In this document: positions 39,310 to 52,655 of the stretch, piece by piece
Numbering within the stretch: the stretch's first letter is position 1
Layout of the letters: each line of letters starts with the position of its first letter
Program-made: the position numbers and the translations under genes
The notes under the pieces: generated by a model
What the model was told of the DNA's origin: nothing
The model's database searches: none
Seen by the model: only the letters and a program-made list of their open reading frames with translations
Origin: Toensbergia leucococca
Lineage: Eukaryota
DNA: 64,000 bases
Assembly: GCA_022813965.1 (NCBI GenBank)
Contig: JALDZS010000052.1
Span: 62,001-126,000, forward strand
Direction of reading: 5' to 3'

Positions 39310-40033
39310 TCAAAGCCCCACCATCAAACCCACCAATCCCACCCCAGCCCACACCCACCCCTCACACCCCCTCCTCCCCACCCCACCCTTAACCTGCCCC
39401 TGAACCTCCTCCTTATACTCCCCCCCAACATTCCCCGGCGGCCAATACTCACACACAACCAACCAGCCCACAATCCCATTCGTCCCATTGCAATCCGCCC
39501 TCCCGCACCCCGTCGCCGTCGTGTTCTTCCACACCAACTGCGTAAAATGCCCCGTCGCCTCGCTAAACCCCGGATCTTGGAAATCGTACTCGGCGCGCTC
39601 ATTGCCCCAGGCATCGACGGCGGCGGTGACATTATCATAGCCTTCGGCTAAATTTTCGCCCGAGGGTCCGTGCTATGGGGGGAGGATGAGTTCAGGCGAG
39701 ATCTTTTGGCTTTTTTTCTTTGCTAGTAGGGTTGGGGGGGGGGGAAGGGAGAAAACCAACAGAGTGAGCCCAGATGCATTTTTCGGCGTATTTGCCGCCG
39801 TAGTCCGCGAGGGATTTGTTCCATGTCAGGGCGGAGGCGTTGTGTTCGTTGCGGTAAAAATTCGTGGAGTTGAGGATTGCGTTTTGGAAATCTGGGTCTG
39901 AGGTGTAGGAGGTGGAGTTTGTGCTTGCGGGGGCTGGGGCGGTGATGGTTTGGGTTATGGTGATGGCGAGGAGGGGAGTTGGGAGGAGGGGGAGGAGGAC
40001 GAGGAGGAGAGTAAAGGAGGGGGGAATCAGCAT
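39310..40033 (-). CDS. CAP/SCP/PR-1 (Pry-like) secreted protein, possible GPI anchor
   Basis: Signal peptide MLIPPSFTLLLVLLPLL; NSTNFYRNEHNA..LTWN..CIWAHS/HGPSGENLAEGY..GHFTQLVWK..GCG..VVCEYWPPGNV; hydrophobic C-terminus; one intron at ~39760-39673. Confidence 0.93.
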
Positions 40034-40578
40034 TTGTTGGGGGCCTTGGGGGATGATGGGGTTGAGAGCTTTCAATTTGTATGGGGCTTATCCTTGAGTG
40101 TATATACAGAGGAGATGACAGTGACGGAGAGACAGAAAAGAAAGAAATACAAAAGAAATTATGTCGAGACATGGGGACACTGCCACAAAACATTAGCTAT
40201 TAGTTCATGAGGAGATTGGTTGATATAAAGTAATAAATAGGATTCCGGTGGTCGCAGCACCCGGCGCTCTTGGCATTTTACACATCTGGGGTTGGGTACG
40301 CCATGGGCTCGGCGCTTAATAGGCGTGAAACCTCGACTTGGTGACGTTTTAGGGTATGGAAAGCGATTTCCCTTGAAAAAGGGTTTCTGGATCGAATTAT
40401 AAGGGCTCTATCTTCTACTTCTTGTCGTCGTTCCAATCATGCTATGTCTATCTAAGACAAAAGCGCCAGATAATTCCTGTAGAGTAGACCTCATTGAAAT
40501 CAGCACAAAACCACCTTACCAATCAGACTTCCTTTGATTTATGCAACGCCCTTTTCTATCCTTACCCCGTACCATACT

Positions 40579-43073
40579 CTATCCAAACTTGTACAAAGTT
40601 TGTTTCTTGCTTTTATTTCCCTTCTTCTTTGCCGTCATGTCATCCTCCGCATCCATATCTTGCCCCCCAACACTAGCACTAGCAGACGCATTACCATTAG
40701 CAGCCGTATTATTTCCCCATGGACTTGTTGTACCATTTCCTCTCATATCATCCCACTTCGCCTTTCCTCTGGCTAATCCTAACATTGTGGTGTTCGGCTT
40801 CATCGCCGCCGGGAGAGCCGGAAACGCATCCGATGCTACAGCGCTCGTCTTTCCGTCCGGCGGTCTAGACGAAGGACGCGATGAAGCAGGGGACGGTCTC
40901 GCAGATGATGGAGCCACCCAAGGCGTGGCGCCAACTCGTCCTGCTCCTACTCTATTGGCCGACGCGGGTGGCATTGCAGGAAATGGATTCGCATTCGCCG
41001 CATTTCCCCAGCTGCTACTCTTGCTGACTTCGGAACGAGATGATTGAGCTGTTGAACTCTTGAGCTTGAGTACTCGGTAGCCTCCTTTACCGGCTCCGGA
41101 GGCGGATGATCCTGGTAGGATGCCACTTGGCCCAGGTAGCGAGGGGTAATCTTCGTTGATGGACCGCCACTCGGTCCATGCTTTAAGTAAATCGTAGCGT
41201 TTGGTATCGTCTTCGTAAATGTCTGCAAGCTCCTTGACCAATTTACCGAGGTCTGCATTTGGAACGTCAAAAAGCGAAAAGAAGGTGTCGATAAGTTGCG
41301 AGGCTGAGATCGCAGAGATGCGATACGAGGATACCTGATTACGAAAATCGGCCAGTTTGGTCTGGTCGTTGTTGAGCATTACTGTAACTCGTTCTGTGAC
41401 AGTATTATGTCGCAAGCGCCGGGCTTGTTCTTGTGGAGTCACGGCTTTCGCAGGTGTAGGAGATGCTAGAGGGTTGGCCGAGGAATTTGGAGTGTGGTCG
41501 AGATGAAGATTATTAATGGCTGGTACAAAGGCGTTTGTAGTGGTTTGACTGCGGGGTGTTGTGAAAGTGTCTGGCTCTTGGTTTCTACCATTTGGTCTAG
41601 CAGCATATACATCGGTAGAAGTCAGCTGCCCTCCAAAATTCCTAGTAGAAATTGACTGTGCGCTCTGGATGGCCATTTGCCTCTGGTAAGCAAGTTCGTC
41701 TCTACGTAACGGCTGGGCAGTCGATTGGGGAAGTGGTTCCGTATTTGGATCTCTTCCTCTACCTCCTCCCCTCCCCTCTCGTTCGTGTCTTCCTCGACTC
41801 TCCTGGTGGGGGGTACGATAGTCAAAGGCCGAAATATCAACTCTTCTTGCATCTTTTCTCGCATCTTTGGAAAGCCCTTCAGGGTGTGTCTCAAGTTGAT
41901 GGCCTTTGAGATCCATTTCGGATTCGAAGACAACGAATTTCTTATCCAAGCAGTCTTGATCAGCACATAAGAAGTGATCTTTCCTAAAGTGAATTTCCAG
42001 TGAACTGTAATCCAAGAAGTACTGCTGCTCTCTCCTTTGAGTTCTGCGATCGCAAATATGGCACCTTTCGTGTTTATCTCTGCAATGAGTGTATAACTCG
42101 TCATCGCCATAAAACCTCTGCCGGCAGAATCCACATTCTGGATGCCCTTTGAATCCACTCTGGTCAACAGCCCCCGGATTGTCATCACCGAATTTCTCAT
42201 GCTTGCGTAGCTCTGGTATGGTGAACAGGTCATGTTCATGTGTGAAAACCTTTTTGTTCCTGGTGCAAAGATCACACATGACTTTATGATGTATACTCTT
42301 AACATGCCGATGAAGATCTGGCCATCCCCAGCAAGCAATGTCGCAATCATCATCGGGGCAATTGTACCGTAACAGCAGGACGGTATCATCATAGATTTCC
42401 TTTCGTTCGTATTTGATACCTAGTACCTCATCCTCCTCCTCGAAGTCCGCGTCGATAAAGTCCTCGAACCGCTTGGTTGTATCGTCAGTGAAAACGACAT
42501 ACTTGGCTTCGGACTGTTGATGAAATTAGTTTCTGGGAGCTATTGGGGGTCGTGGTTACTGACTCGGCAATGTGCGCAAGCTCTTGTCTTGTACAAGGCC
42601 CTCAGTCTCAAGGCGCAGATATGGCAGGTTCGATGATTGCATGGCGCAAGAGAATTATGTACTACAGGCGAAGCACATATGAAGCACACTTCTGCCTCGA
42701 CATCTTCTGTCCCGTCTTGTGCCTTTGTCTGGCCTTCGCCCTCTGTCTTTACGGCATCTTTGGTCAGGCGACCACCAAAGCTGCCTCCACCGCCAAGACC
42801 GGGAGGTGGAGGTCTCGGGGGTGTAAGCTGGATTGCTGAGCTTGAATGTTGTTGCCCATTCCGACTTGGGTTTGTGGCCCCTCTATTTCCTCGAGCTCCT
42901 CGAGCTCCTCGTCGATTACCTCTTAGACCGTCAGACTGTGTTGAGGTATGGGTTAAATCTCGAGAACCTCCTCTACCACCTCTAAAATGGCCCATGGCTT
43001 GGTTATTGCGGGATGGTTGAATGGAGGGAGCCACCTGACCTGAGGAGGAAGCGATTTCTGTGATTGAAGCCAT
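40579..43073 (-). CDS. HEL2: RING/C2H2 E3 ubiquitin ligase of ribosome quality control (Hel2/ZNF598)
   Basis: CFICA..PCNHRTCHICALRLRALYK..CAHCR RING; MCDLC..FTHEH, GHPECGFC and HERCHIC zinc fingers; intron at ~42560-42514. Confidence 0.93.
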
Positions 43074-43641
43074 TTTTATAGAGGCAGATTCTTATCGAAT
43101 AGAAATAATTGAGAACTATCTCAATTGCGGTAGAGATTGGCGACTGGAATGTGGAATCAGCGAGTGGGATGCAAGTTGGTCGGCGGCGAAGAATGGAGCG
43201 CTGAAGTTTGGTGGGGAGGTGGGGCATGACGATGACTGGTAGAGACAATTTGTCATAGGGCTGAGCTATTCACCTATCCCTTTCACGTTGTCACGCCAAG
43301 ATATGACATGACTAAGGTACATACGGTAAGGTAATCTAAAATTGGTCGGGAAGGTTCTCTTCAAAATTTAGCAGTCATGCTTCTCTTTAGAATACATACC
43401 TACCTAACAGTAATTGACTGAAACCTAACATCTCTTACTTGCGCAAACCTTTGTAAAAGTTAGACACTTCCCCAAAGCTTACTCTTTCAAACGAATAACT
43501 AGAATGATTTGCCGATAGAGTATATGAGTCATCAAGTCAAAAGGACCATTTGCAACGCCATGGCTAGGGACTGGGAATTCCTGAATGACAAAAGCTGAAA
43601 ATGCTAGACTAAGAGATTGTTGGTCAACGCCAGTCGCAGTC

Positions 43642-44721
43642 CTATTCTTCCGGATTGTACAGATTCTGAGCTAGAATCTTGTTCATGGTAAACATGTGAA
43701 CCTTGTCCTGTTTAAAAACAGCTCTCATGGCATCATCGCAGCGGATTTGACGTTTGTCATTTGGATCTTGCAAGTCTCGTTCCCGAATATATTCCCATAT
43801 TTTTTTGACCGTTTGCGGTCGAGATAACTATTGCTGATTAGCACTGCCAAAAATGATGCTGTCGTATAATACCTGAATTTCGCCTTCCAGCAATGCCGAT
43901 AGGGGGGTAGATAGTGTAAGTAATTTCTATTTCTTGCTTAGTGAAATATCATAATTACAAGACCATGATTGCCTTACGTGAAACGCGCTGTTCTTATTGA
44001 CCTTCTTATCAACGACATCAGATGTAGAATCCTGGACGTCGCTGTCATCTTCTGCTTTGACCTTTTCCGACGTCTTTTTCTTGGGAGCCTTCCTCTTCTT
44101 TATCACAACGGCCTTTTTATTGGCACCTCCTCTTGTAGGTCTCGCCCGAATGTTTTCCTCTGCTTGCAATCTTGCGGCGAATGCAGCGTCGTCATTGATC
44201 TTTGGCTCCGCTTTCCGCTTTTTCTTTGGCGAAGGAGTGTTTGGAACATCCGACAACTCATCGTCACTGCTTTGTCTCTTGTGGCGAACTTTTGATTCTG
44301 AGGGAGGAGTCTGCTGGACCGGCTCGGCAGATTCCTCTTTGATCGTCGCTGGGTGGCCATTCGGTTCGTCTTTGATTGTTGTTATATTGCCGTTAGTTGG
44401 AGGTTCCGTGTTCTTCTCCGCCATGAATTTATCGAAGCGAGCATTGATGAGTGTTTTGATAGAAGCCTAGCCAAATTCAAAGTGAGTTGTGAGTCATCAG
44501 AAGTGTCAGACGAGGATCAACCTTTTGTGGAGTAATGTCATACTCGACGGCCTGCTGTAGTCCTTTACGGATGCGCTTCTCGGATATAGTATTCAGATCA
44601 CTGGCGGCAAGAATTGAGTCTATGATGATAGCATAGGACACCTCAACTTCCGGAGGTACTGTGCAACAGAGACGTCAGTGTATACTAAGTAAAGCTAGGC
44701 AATGAGTGCCGTACAAGACAT
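43642..44721 (-). CDS. DEK-C plus SWIB/MDM2 domain protein (Uaf30/Tri1/Spp27-like)
   Basis: IIDSILAASDLNTISEKRIRKGLQ (DEK-C), DDAAFAARLQAEEN, and SWIB LSRPQTVKKIWEYIRERDLQDPNDKRQIRCDD..VHMFTMNK; several introns. Confidence 0.9.
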
Positions 44722-45221
44722 GGTGACTCTTCCGCGTGGTGATAGCCTTTTCAGAGTAGGTGTGATAGGCCACAGGGCTTAAGTCACTACTGCGACCTAG
44801 AACCTTGATTCTTTCAGCCCCGGGCTTCAGGTCTAATTGGCTTGACGATTGGGTGTTGGGGCTTGAAGTGAAAGCTGGATGACATATAAGTAATGAATAT
44901 ATAGCTAAAGCATGATGAGGCTGTAGCAAAAGAACGTCTGAGTCAATGCGATGCGTCAGTAAGAGAGAGAGTAGCTGGCATCATCTTGATTAGTTGGTGG
45001 TGTGGGTGTTGTTCTTCTGGCCATGACGATGATCCTTACCTCCCTCCTGCTCATATTCCGCCATTCTCGCCTATTCGGCTAAGCCCGCATCTAGCGCAAC
45101 CCACATCAAGCCCATATAAATTTCACCCTGCCTGACGCTCTTCAGAAAAGTCTGGGGATTAATCTTGCACGCAAATAGTCTCTATCCTCGGATTCAGCCG
45201 CTCAAATCCTTCTATATCATT

Positions 45222-47611
45222 ATGGCGCCAAGTTTTGACAATTTACGTGAAGATGACGGGGAGGATTCAGAAGAGGAGATAGATTTTTCTGGTATCTGCA
45301 TCGCTTTTGCTTGCTCGGCACCGGAAATTGACGAGCATTCCATACAGATCTGAGAGAGCAGCATGAAGTTCGACTAGAGCAGGGTCTGGATGCCTTTGTG
45401 GTGATCGATGGGCTACCTATCGTCCCTGAAGACAGCAAGCAGAAGCTGGTCAAGTTTCTGCTGAAAAAGCTGAATACAGTGGGGAAAACAAAAGAAGATG
45501 CTATTTTCATGCCACTGAATGACAAGAAAATGTCTGAAGGGTGCGCCTCAAATTCCCAGGAACAGATCGCATATACTAATTCTACAGTTTCGCTTTTGTT
45601 GAGTATGAGACACCAGAGCAGGCGGTCGCAGCTGCCAAAGCCCTTCATGGCACCCCTCTCGACAAGAAGCATACTCTTGCTGTTAATAAGCTTACTGATA
45701 TTGAGCGTTTTGGCCGCGAGGGTCGTATCGATGACGAGTATCACCCACCACAGATCGAGCCATTTGCCGAGAAAGAACATCTTCGCTGGTGGCTAGGAGA
45801 TCCAAATGGAAGAGATCAATTTGTCATGTACAGAGGAGAGGGTGTGGGTGTGTTCTGGAATAAGAAAAAAGATCCACCTGAAAACATCATCGATAGGCAA
45901 CATTGGACTGAGATATTCGTACAATGGTCCCCGATGGGTACATATCTAGCAACAATGCACGCAAGAGGTGTTCAATTATGGGGTGGTCCAAACTGGACAC
46001 GACAAACGCGATTCCCACATCCGGTGTGCAATATGATTGACTTTTCTCCCGCAGAAAAATATCTCACAACCTGGTCCTTCAAGCCAATCGAAGTAGCCGA
46101 AGACGATCCTATCCTAACGCTCGAAGAAGACGGAAAGAATTACATAATCTGGGATGTAGCGACAGGCAAGCCCCTCCGATCATTCCAGACTCACGATCTC
46201 CCCGGCCCAACTGAAGATGAGAACGGTCAGCCTGTCAAGAAGAAAATCCCATGGCCAGCCTTCAAATGGTCCGCAGATGACAACTATGTAGCCCGCATGC
46301 TTGAAGGCCAATCAATCTCCGTCTACGAGCTCCCAAGAATGAGCCTCCTAGACAAAACCTCCATTAAGATCGAAGGTATCAAAGACTTCGAGTGGGCCCC
46401 TGCTAGCCCTCAACGCGATGGCATCCGCACTTACGAGCAACTCTTCTGCTACTGGACCCCCGAAATTGGCAGCAACCCCGCCAAAGTCGGCCTCATGAGC
46501 ATCCCCTCCAAAGAAATCGTCCGTACTCGGAATCTCTTCAACGTCACAGATGCCAAGCTACACTGGCAATCGCAAGCAGCTTACGTATGTGTGAAAGTAG
46601 ACCGGCACTCAAAATCCAAGAAGTCCCTCGCCACCAACCTTGAAATCTTCCGTGTGCGTGAAAAGGGTGTGCCAGTGGAGGTCGTCGACTCTATCAAAGA
46701 TACCGTCATCAACTTCGCTTGGGAGCCAAAAGGTGATCGTTTCGTCCTAATCACCACCGCCGAAGTCGTCGTCACAACAGCGGTCCCCCCCAAAACAGCC
46801 GTATCCTTCTTCTGCCCGGAGAAAATCAAAGGCCCCGGCGTGGGCAACTTCAAACACATCCGCACCGTCGAGAAGAAAAACAGCAACGCAATCTACTGGT
46901 CACCCAAAGGCCGCTTCGTCGTCGTTGCAACCGTTCACTCGCAACAAAGCTTCGACCTCGACTTCTGGGACCTGGACTTTGAAGGCGAAAAGCCCGAAAG
47001 CGACAAAGACCTGACCGCGAATTTGCAGCTCATGTCCACAGCAGACCACTACGGCGTCACAGACATAGACTGGGACCCAACAGGCCGCTACGTCGCCACA
47101 AGCGCCAGCATGTGGAAACACTCCGTAAGTCCCCCATCCACCCCGCCTCCACCTCAAAAAACCCCCCAAACCCCAAAACTAACCCCCTGGCCCCCTTCCT
47201 AAAAAAAAGATGGAAAACGGCTACCACCTTTACGACTTCAAAGGCGACCTGCTGCGCGAAGAACCCATCGACAAATTCAAACAACTCCTCTGGCGGCCCC
47301 GCCCACCCACTCTCCTCTCCAAAGACACCCAGAAGCTCATCCGCAAGAACCTGCGCGAGTACTCGCGCGATTTCGACGAGCAGGATCGCATCGAGGAGGA
47401 TAAGGAGAAGGGCGCTGTTGTCGAGGAGAGGAGGCGGATGCTGAGTGAGTGGCTGGCTTGGCGGGAGAGGGAGAGGGAGGGCTTGGCTGAGGAGAAGGGG
47501 GGGGAGGCGGGGGATGAGGAGGGGGCGGAGGAGGAAGAGGAGGAGGAGGCGAAGGTTGTGGAGGAGATTGTGGAGGAGATTGTTGATGAGGTGGAGGAGA
47601 TTGTGGCGTAG
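45222..47611 (+). CDS. PRT1: Translation initiation factor eIF3 subunit B
   Basis: MAPSFDNL..; [13 protein letters not shown]..; beta-propeller motifs [59 protein letters not shown]; three introns. Confidence 0.97.
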
Positions 47612-48075
47612 GGATTTTTTGTTTGTTTGTCTGTCTGGTTTGGGTTTGAAATGATGTGTGGTGGATGATAATTCAGTGTTTGCTTGTAGCATATCTCAGA
47701 CCTACCTACCTCGTCGTTTGTAGCATTTTCCGGTTCCGAAAATGGTAATGCAATAAATGTCACGGAGCATCTCAGTCCTCAGATCAATTGCTCGACCAAG
47801 GACAGAGAAACAGAGTAAGCGCAAGTCGTGGAAAAGGGTCATTATTTCAATCCCTCCAAAGTGATCAACACCGTGAATACGCATGCTTATATGTACAACC
47901 AAACAATGCCGCCCTCCGAGCCAACCACTCAAGCAATGCATGCAAAAAGACCCCACCCAACACCTCTTCCCAGCAAACAGCCAGAGTTCAATAAGCACCC
48001 CCCCCTACTCAAAGGCCACGCAAATGCAAAAATCCCAACCACCCACCCAAGCCCCATCAACCTTCGACCCGTTCC

Positions 48076-49392
48076 TCAGCCCCTCGACTTCCTCCGTCCA
48101 TGGGATCTCCCCCCGGACCTACCGCTAGATCTAGCCCCTGTCCCCCGTTCAGTCTGCCGCCCTGTCTCGCGTCGACTCTCCCGCACAATCTCCCGTGGAG
48201 GCTCTCGCACACTCTCGCGCGGAGGCTCCCGTCCAGCTTCCTGCGCGGGCGGGTGGTTTTCAAACAAATCTTCGAGGTACGCACTCGGTGCCCTGCCCTG
48301 GGGCGGGCCCGCCAAGCTCAAGCTGCTTGTGCTGCCGTTCATCAAGCCGGCGTTCGGGGCGCGACGCTCGTACACGCCATCGTAGCCACGAATGGGTGAG
48401 ATACCAGGGGAATCAGGCGGGGTGGGCCCAACGGAACGAGAGCCAGGGCGCGAATAGCCGTGGTGGTGGGATTGTGGTCCTAGGTTGGAGAGTGAGATGG
48501 GATTGTTGGCCCTGTTCGGTTGGGACATGTTGCCTGCGGTGGAGGAGCCAGGGGCAGAGCTTCCAGCGGCATAGTAGCCTGCGGGGAGGTAGTTGGAGTT
48601 GCGGTTGCTTGGGGTGTGCATGCCTGCGCCGGCGGTGGGGGAGAAAAACAAGTTACCTGTAGAGGTACGAGAGCGGGTGCCTGGCTTGGGACCAGCGCCT
48701 AATTGGTCAAGGCTTAGGGTCGAACCGGGTCCGTGGCTATAGAAGGGTGCTCCTGGGTTGCCGAGCATGGGTTTCTTGGCGTCGTGGCGGTAGGAGGGGG
48801 AGGATTGTGCATTTGCGGAGCGGCGGACTGAGCGGTGCAGGGACCAGGCTACCAGGCCACGCCAGGCAAGTACGACGAGACCAATGAAGCCCAGGGCTGC
48901 GCCGACACCTATGAACACTGTGCCTTCGGGTAAATTGGACTTTTGCATGAACGGTGCATTGGCAGTCGGAGGTACAGTTGGGGCGGGATAGTTGTCTTGG
49001 GGGAGTTTAGGGAGGCCGGAGGGGAGGGAACCAGATTCGGTAGAGGCAGCGGCGGAGGAGGGTTGGGAGCCGGAAGATGAAGATGAGCTTGTGGAGACTG
49101 TGATTATTGAGTCGCTGCTTGAGGTCTCCGAGGCGGAAGTGGATGTTTTAGCGGTTTTCGAAGTTTCTGTGGCAGAGATGCTTTCTGAAGTGGTAGCTTC
49201 TTTTGATGTTGCTGTTGCCGAAGAGGTGCTTCCGGCTGTCGCTGAGGTGCTGTCTTCTGTAGACGAAGCAGCGGCTGTACTATCCGAGGTCGTTAATTGA
49301 GGAAGATCTTGAGCAACAATGTGAGAGACGAGAAGGAAAGATGCCAAAAGTAATTTTGTCGAAGAGACGGCCGTTCTCCGTGGGAGCCTCAT
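48076..49392 (-). CDS. Single-pass membrane protein with signal peptide and Ser/Thr-rich ectodomain (CSI2-like)
   Basis: 438-aa ORF with PTVPPTANAPFMQKSNLPEGTVFIGVGAALG TM segment, AWSLHRSVRR, LFFSPTAG and RAPSAYLEDLF motifs. Confidence 0.85.
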   Translation of the reverse strand: MRLPRRTAVSSTKLLLASFLLVSHIVAQDLPQLTTSDSTAAASSTEDSTSATAGSTSSATATSKEATTSESISATETSKTAKTSTSASETSSSDSIITVSTSSSSSSGSQPSSAAASTESGSLPSGLPKLPQDNYPAPTVPPTANAPFMQKSNLPEGTVFIGVGAALGFIGLVVLAWRGLVAWSLHRSVRRSANAQSSPSYRHDAKKPMLGNPGAPFYSHGPGSTLSLDQLGAGPKPGTRSRTSTGNLFFSPTAGAGMHTPSNRNSNYLPAGYYAAGSSAPGSSTAGNMSQPNRANNPISLSNLGPQSHHHGYSRPGSRSVGPTPPDSPGISPIRGYDGVYERRAPNAGLMNGSTSSLSLAGPPQGRAPSAYLEDLFENHPPAQEAGREPPRESVREPPREIVRESRRETGRQTERGTGARSSGRSGGRSHGRRKSRG

Positions 49393-49920
49393 GACTAGAG
49401 TCGTATTTTTTTAGAGGTCGCCCTTCCTGCTCCTACTTCGATTTGTACCGTTCCCAACCAAATGAACGACTTTGCCACGGAGGCGTGTCAGTGAGGAGTT
49501 TTGAGATACGTCGTTAAGGGCGTAGGCACTAAAGCGACTCAATTCACCCTCGTGGAAAAGCCGTTCAGTGGCCTCCTTGTTTATTCGAAGTTTTCTCTCG
49601 CTCCAAGATGCCCCAATGTTTGTATGAACCCCAAATGCCTCCTTTGAAACGAGCGTTAAGACGGCTGAGCCCGCCAGACTGTTGAAGAAGGGAGACAGCG
49701 AATGTGGTTGTTCAAGACAGTTGCTTGATATTTTCGTTGCAGGAGAGGTGTTTTCGGTGTTTTGAGTTGCCATGCACTAGCCGCATTGGATGCCAAGTGG
49801 ACCCAAAAATAGATTTTCGTGTTGGCTAGTGACCCGAAACCTTCAAATATTTCCACAGTGCGTTACCATACTTGGGGACATTGACACATCAGAGGTACGA
49901 CGAGTCTCTCGCTGTTGAAT

Positions 49921-50766
49921 ATGGGAGGTTAGAAAAATCCTTTCTACGACGTATGTCTCTTGCTGACTGTAGCACAAGTCCAAAAGAAGACCCGAAAATT
50001 CGCCCAGGTTAGCCTCTATACCCTTGTCGATTAGGGTTTGTACCCCCAGCTAACTGACGTGTAGGTCAAGAGAATTATCGGCCAACGCGATGCTCGACTG
50101 TACGCACATACCATTCTCAATAGAGTTGTGGTCAGTGAATGACAGCCCCACCCCAATAGGAAAAAAAATCAAGACAAAGGCGAAACCGAAGGCAAACGAA
50201 AAGCCAAAGGCGACGAAAAAGTCCGAGAAATGTACCACCACCCCTCCAACCCCTCCCCCTCTCCCTCTCCCATCCGACAAACACCTTTCCCCCCCAGCCT
50301 ACTAATAGATCCCCCCCTTAGCCCCCAAGTCTCCTCCTCCCTCTTCTTCCAATACAACACCGCCCTCGTCCCCCCCTACTCAATCCTAGTCGACACAAAC
50401 TTCCTCTCCCACACCATCCAAAACCACCTCGACCTCCTCCCCGCAATGATGGACTGCCTCTACGCCAAATGTACCCCCGTCATAACCTCCTGCGTCATGG
50501 CCGAGCTCGAAAAACTCGGCCCCAAATACCGCCTCGCCCTGCGCATCGCCCGCGACGAGCGCTGGGATCGCCTGAAATGCGACCACAAGGGCGTCTATGC
50601 CGACGATTGTCTGGTGGATCGCGTGATGAAGCACAAGGTTTATATCATTGCGACGAATGATCGGGATTTGAAGAGGAGGGTTAGGAAGATTCCCGGCGTG
50701 CCAATTATGAGTGTGGCGAGGGGGAAGTATGTCATTGAGAGGCTGCCGGATGCGCCGGAGAAGTAG
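49921..50766 (+). CDS. FCF1: rRNA-processing PIN endonuclease Fcf1/Utp24
   Basis: Spliced MGVQKKTRKFAQ/VKRIIGQRDARL/..PQVSSSLFFQYNTALVPPYSILVDTNF..ELEKLG..KGVYADDC..IATNDRDLKRRVRKIPGVPIM. Confidence 0.96.
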
Positions 50767-51287
50767 GAGATGGTGGAAGGGTTTAGAGTGATTTGGATGA
50801 AAAATGGCCAATGGTGCGGAGGAAAGGGTGGCCGGAGAGAGATGCTGGCTCGAATGACTTTTGAAAACACTTTACGCTCCTCACATGGCGTGAAGGTGGC
50901 ACCATGTGAGTCTGTCCTAGATTTCAAGGTATCATTGTTTTCCTAATCTTGGGGAATCCTTGATGGGATGATCAAAGGAGAATTGAATGCGACATATCAC
51001 GAAGATCCTGCGGGGGCTTGGCAGGCTAGCGATGTGAAAAAGGAAAAAGGAAACGCTTGTGAAGGCCATAGGAGTGAATTGAGGCAGATCTACTGTACAT
51101 GTGGATAGAGATAACGGTCGGAATGATAATCTTCTTTGCCTTGTCGAGGGTTCGGAACTCCAATGCCAAAACAACAACTTCTAAAATCCTTTTGCCACAC
51201 GAAATGCAGGAAATAAAAAGCAACCCTATTCCTCAATTTACACGCACTAAGTAGCACACAACCACCATAGTCCACTTCACTTCCTTA

Positions 51288-52475
51288 TCACTGCTGCTGT
51301 TTCTTCTGCGCCGCCGGCCCATTTTCCTTATCAAAAGCAGCGTACGAAACCTGTAGACTAGAAACGCCTGAAATTCCAACATAGAGGATAGCAAGCAGAA
51401 GGAAGCCCACAAGAAGGCCCATGAAAATGCCTGCCATATCATGTCAACAACCATCTTGATTACAACCCAAGCCTAATTTCATTAGAAGCTGAACCTACCT
51501 GGGGTAAAGAATTGATATTTCTCAAAGAGCGGCAGACTCGAATCCACTCCGCTATGATTGGACGCACGGCCCTGGATTGAGTAATCTCGCTTTAGATCGA
51601 TGTGGACTGCAGATGGGAAGGCTGAGTCCATTTCGTAGGTTTGGGACTCTTGAATGAGAATTTGGGGGTGATCAGATGAGATGGGAGTGGTAGTGTAGAT
51701 TACAGTGTATTTTGGCGAGGGGAGGAGGTCTAGGACCGAGGAAAGAAATCCATCTGTTTTGCTCGCGTTAGGTGTTTGAGGGTTTAAAGTGTGGTATTGA
51801 TGAGTTCACCATTCTCTGAGAGTTTGGAAGCTCTGTCATGAGTGGTTGAGAGACTGGGAAAGTCGAGGCTTATGATTCGAGGTTTCATATCGTCGACAAC
51901 CGGAAAGGAGCCAGCTAGAAGCAAAATTAAAGTCAGCGAGATTATGAACGGAGGATTTTTGAATATGTTGTTCTCCGCCACTCGAAGAGGAATGCAGGTA
52001 TCTTGGGTATAACTTTCTCGCTACTCACTTGAAGCATCCACACTCAGAATCCCAGCTCCACACTGTGTTTCTAGTACGCTTACCAACTGGTTCGGATCTA
52101 TTTCTCCTACAACGTCTGTGACCGTAAAGCTTGATCGGATATCCCGATTGGTCCCTGTTATCCTGCTTTTTAGATATGGCGCCGCGTGTCGATTTCTGTA
52201 GTCCACTGCGTTGACACCCGGTTGAGATACGATAACATAGGTATCTGAAGGACATCTTTCAAGACTCTTCGTTAATGTCTCGCTCAAAGAAGCTGCTGAG
52301 GCGATCTGGGGAGACGATGCGAGTATTCTAGAGGAGATAGCGGATTAGCTTCGTTGGCGCTGGGGGTTAGGGAGCGTTACTCTGAGGTGGAGAAGAAGAA
52401 TAGAGGAGAAGTGTTTTGGAAGGCATTTGCTAGGTATACACTCAGAGCGAGCGCCCCTAGCTGTGTAAGATACAT
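51288..52475 (-). CDS. BIG1: ER membrane protein Big1 (Ac45/Voa1-type TM)
   Basis: Signal peptide ending AFQNTSPLFFFST; CPSDTYVIVSQPGV..DY; C-terminal LFEKYQFFTP/GIFMGLLVGFLLLSILYVGISGVSSLQVSYAAFDKE. Confidence 0.85.
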
Positions 52476-52655
52476 GGCGCTGTGATGTGGGTGAGGGGAT
52501 TCGGGAATTGCTGATGATGCCACAGAGACGAAGCGGCAGACGGAGAGCGGCAGGTTCAGCCGAGTCCGCGAGAAATTCCCTCCCACTCCTAGACTCGCCA
52601 TTAATCTAGTGATGCTCTTTCTTGAGCCAATGATTACATATCTACCTACTTTAAG

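Noticed and set aside
44870..44945. ATGATGA...CTGA resembling C/D snoRNA boxes
   Set aside because: Spacing is too short and no recognisable rRNA guide; it lies in a divergent promoter.
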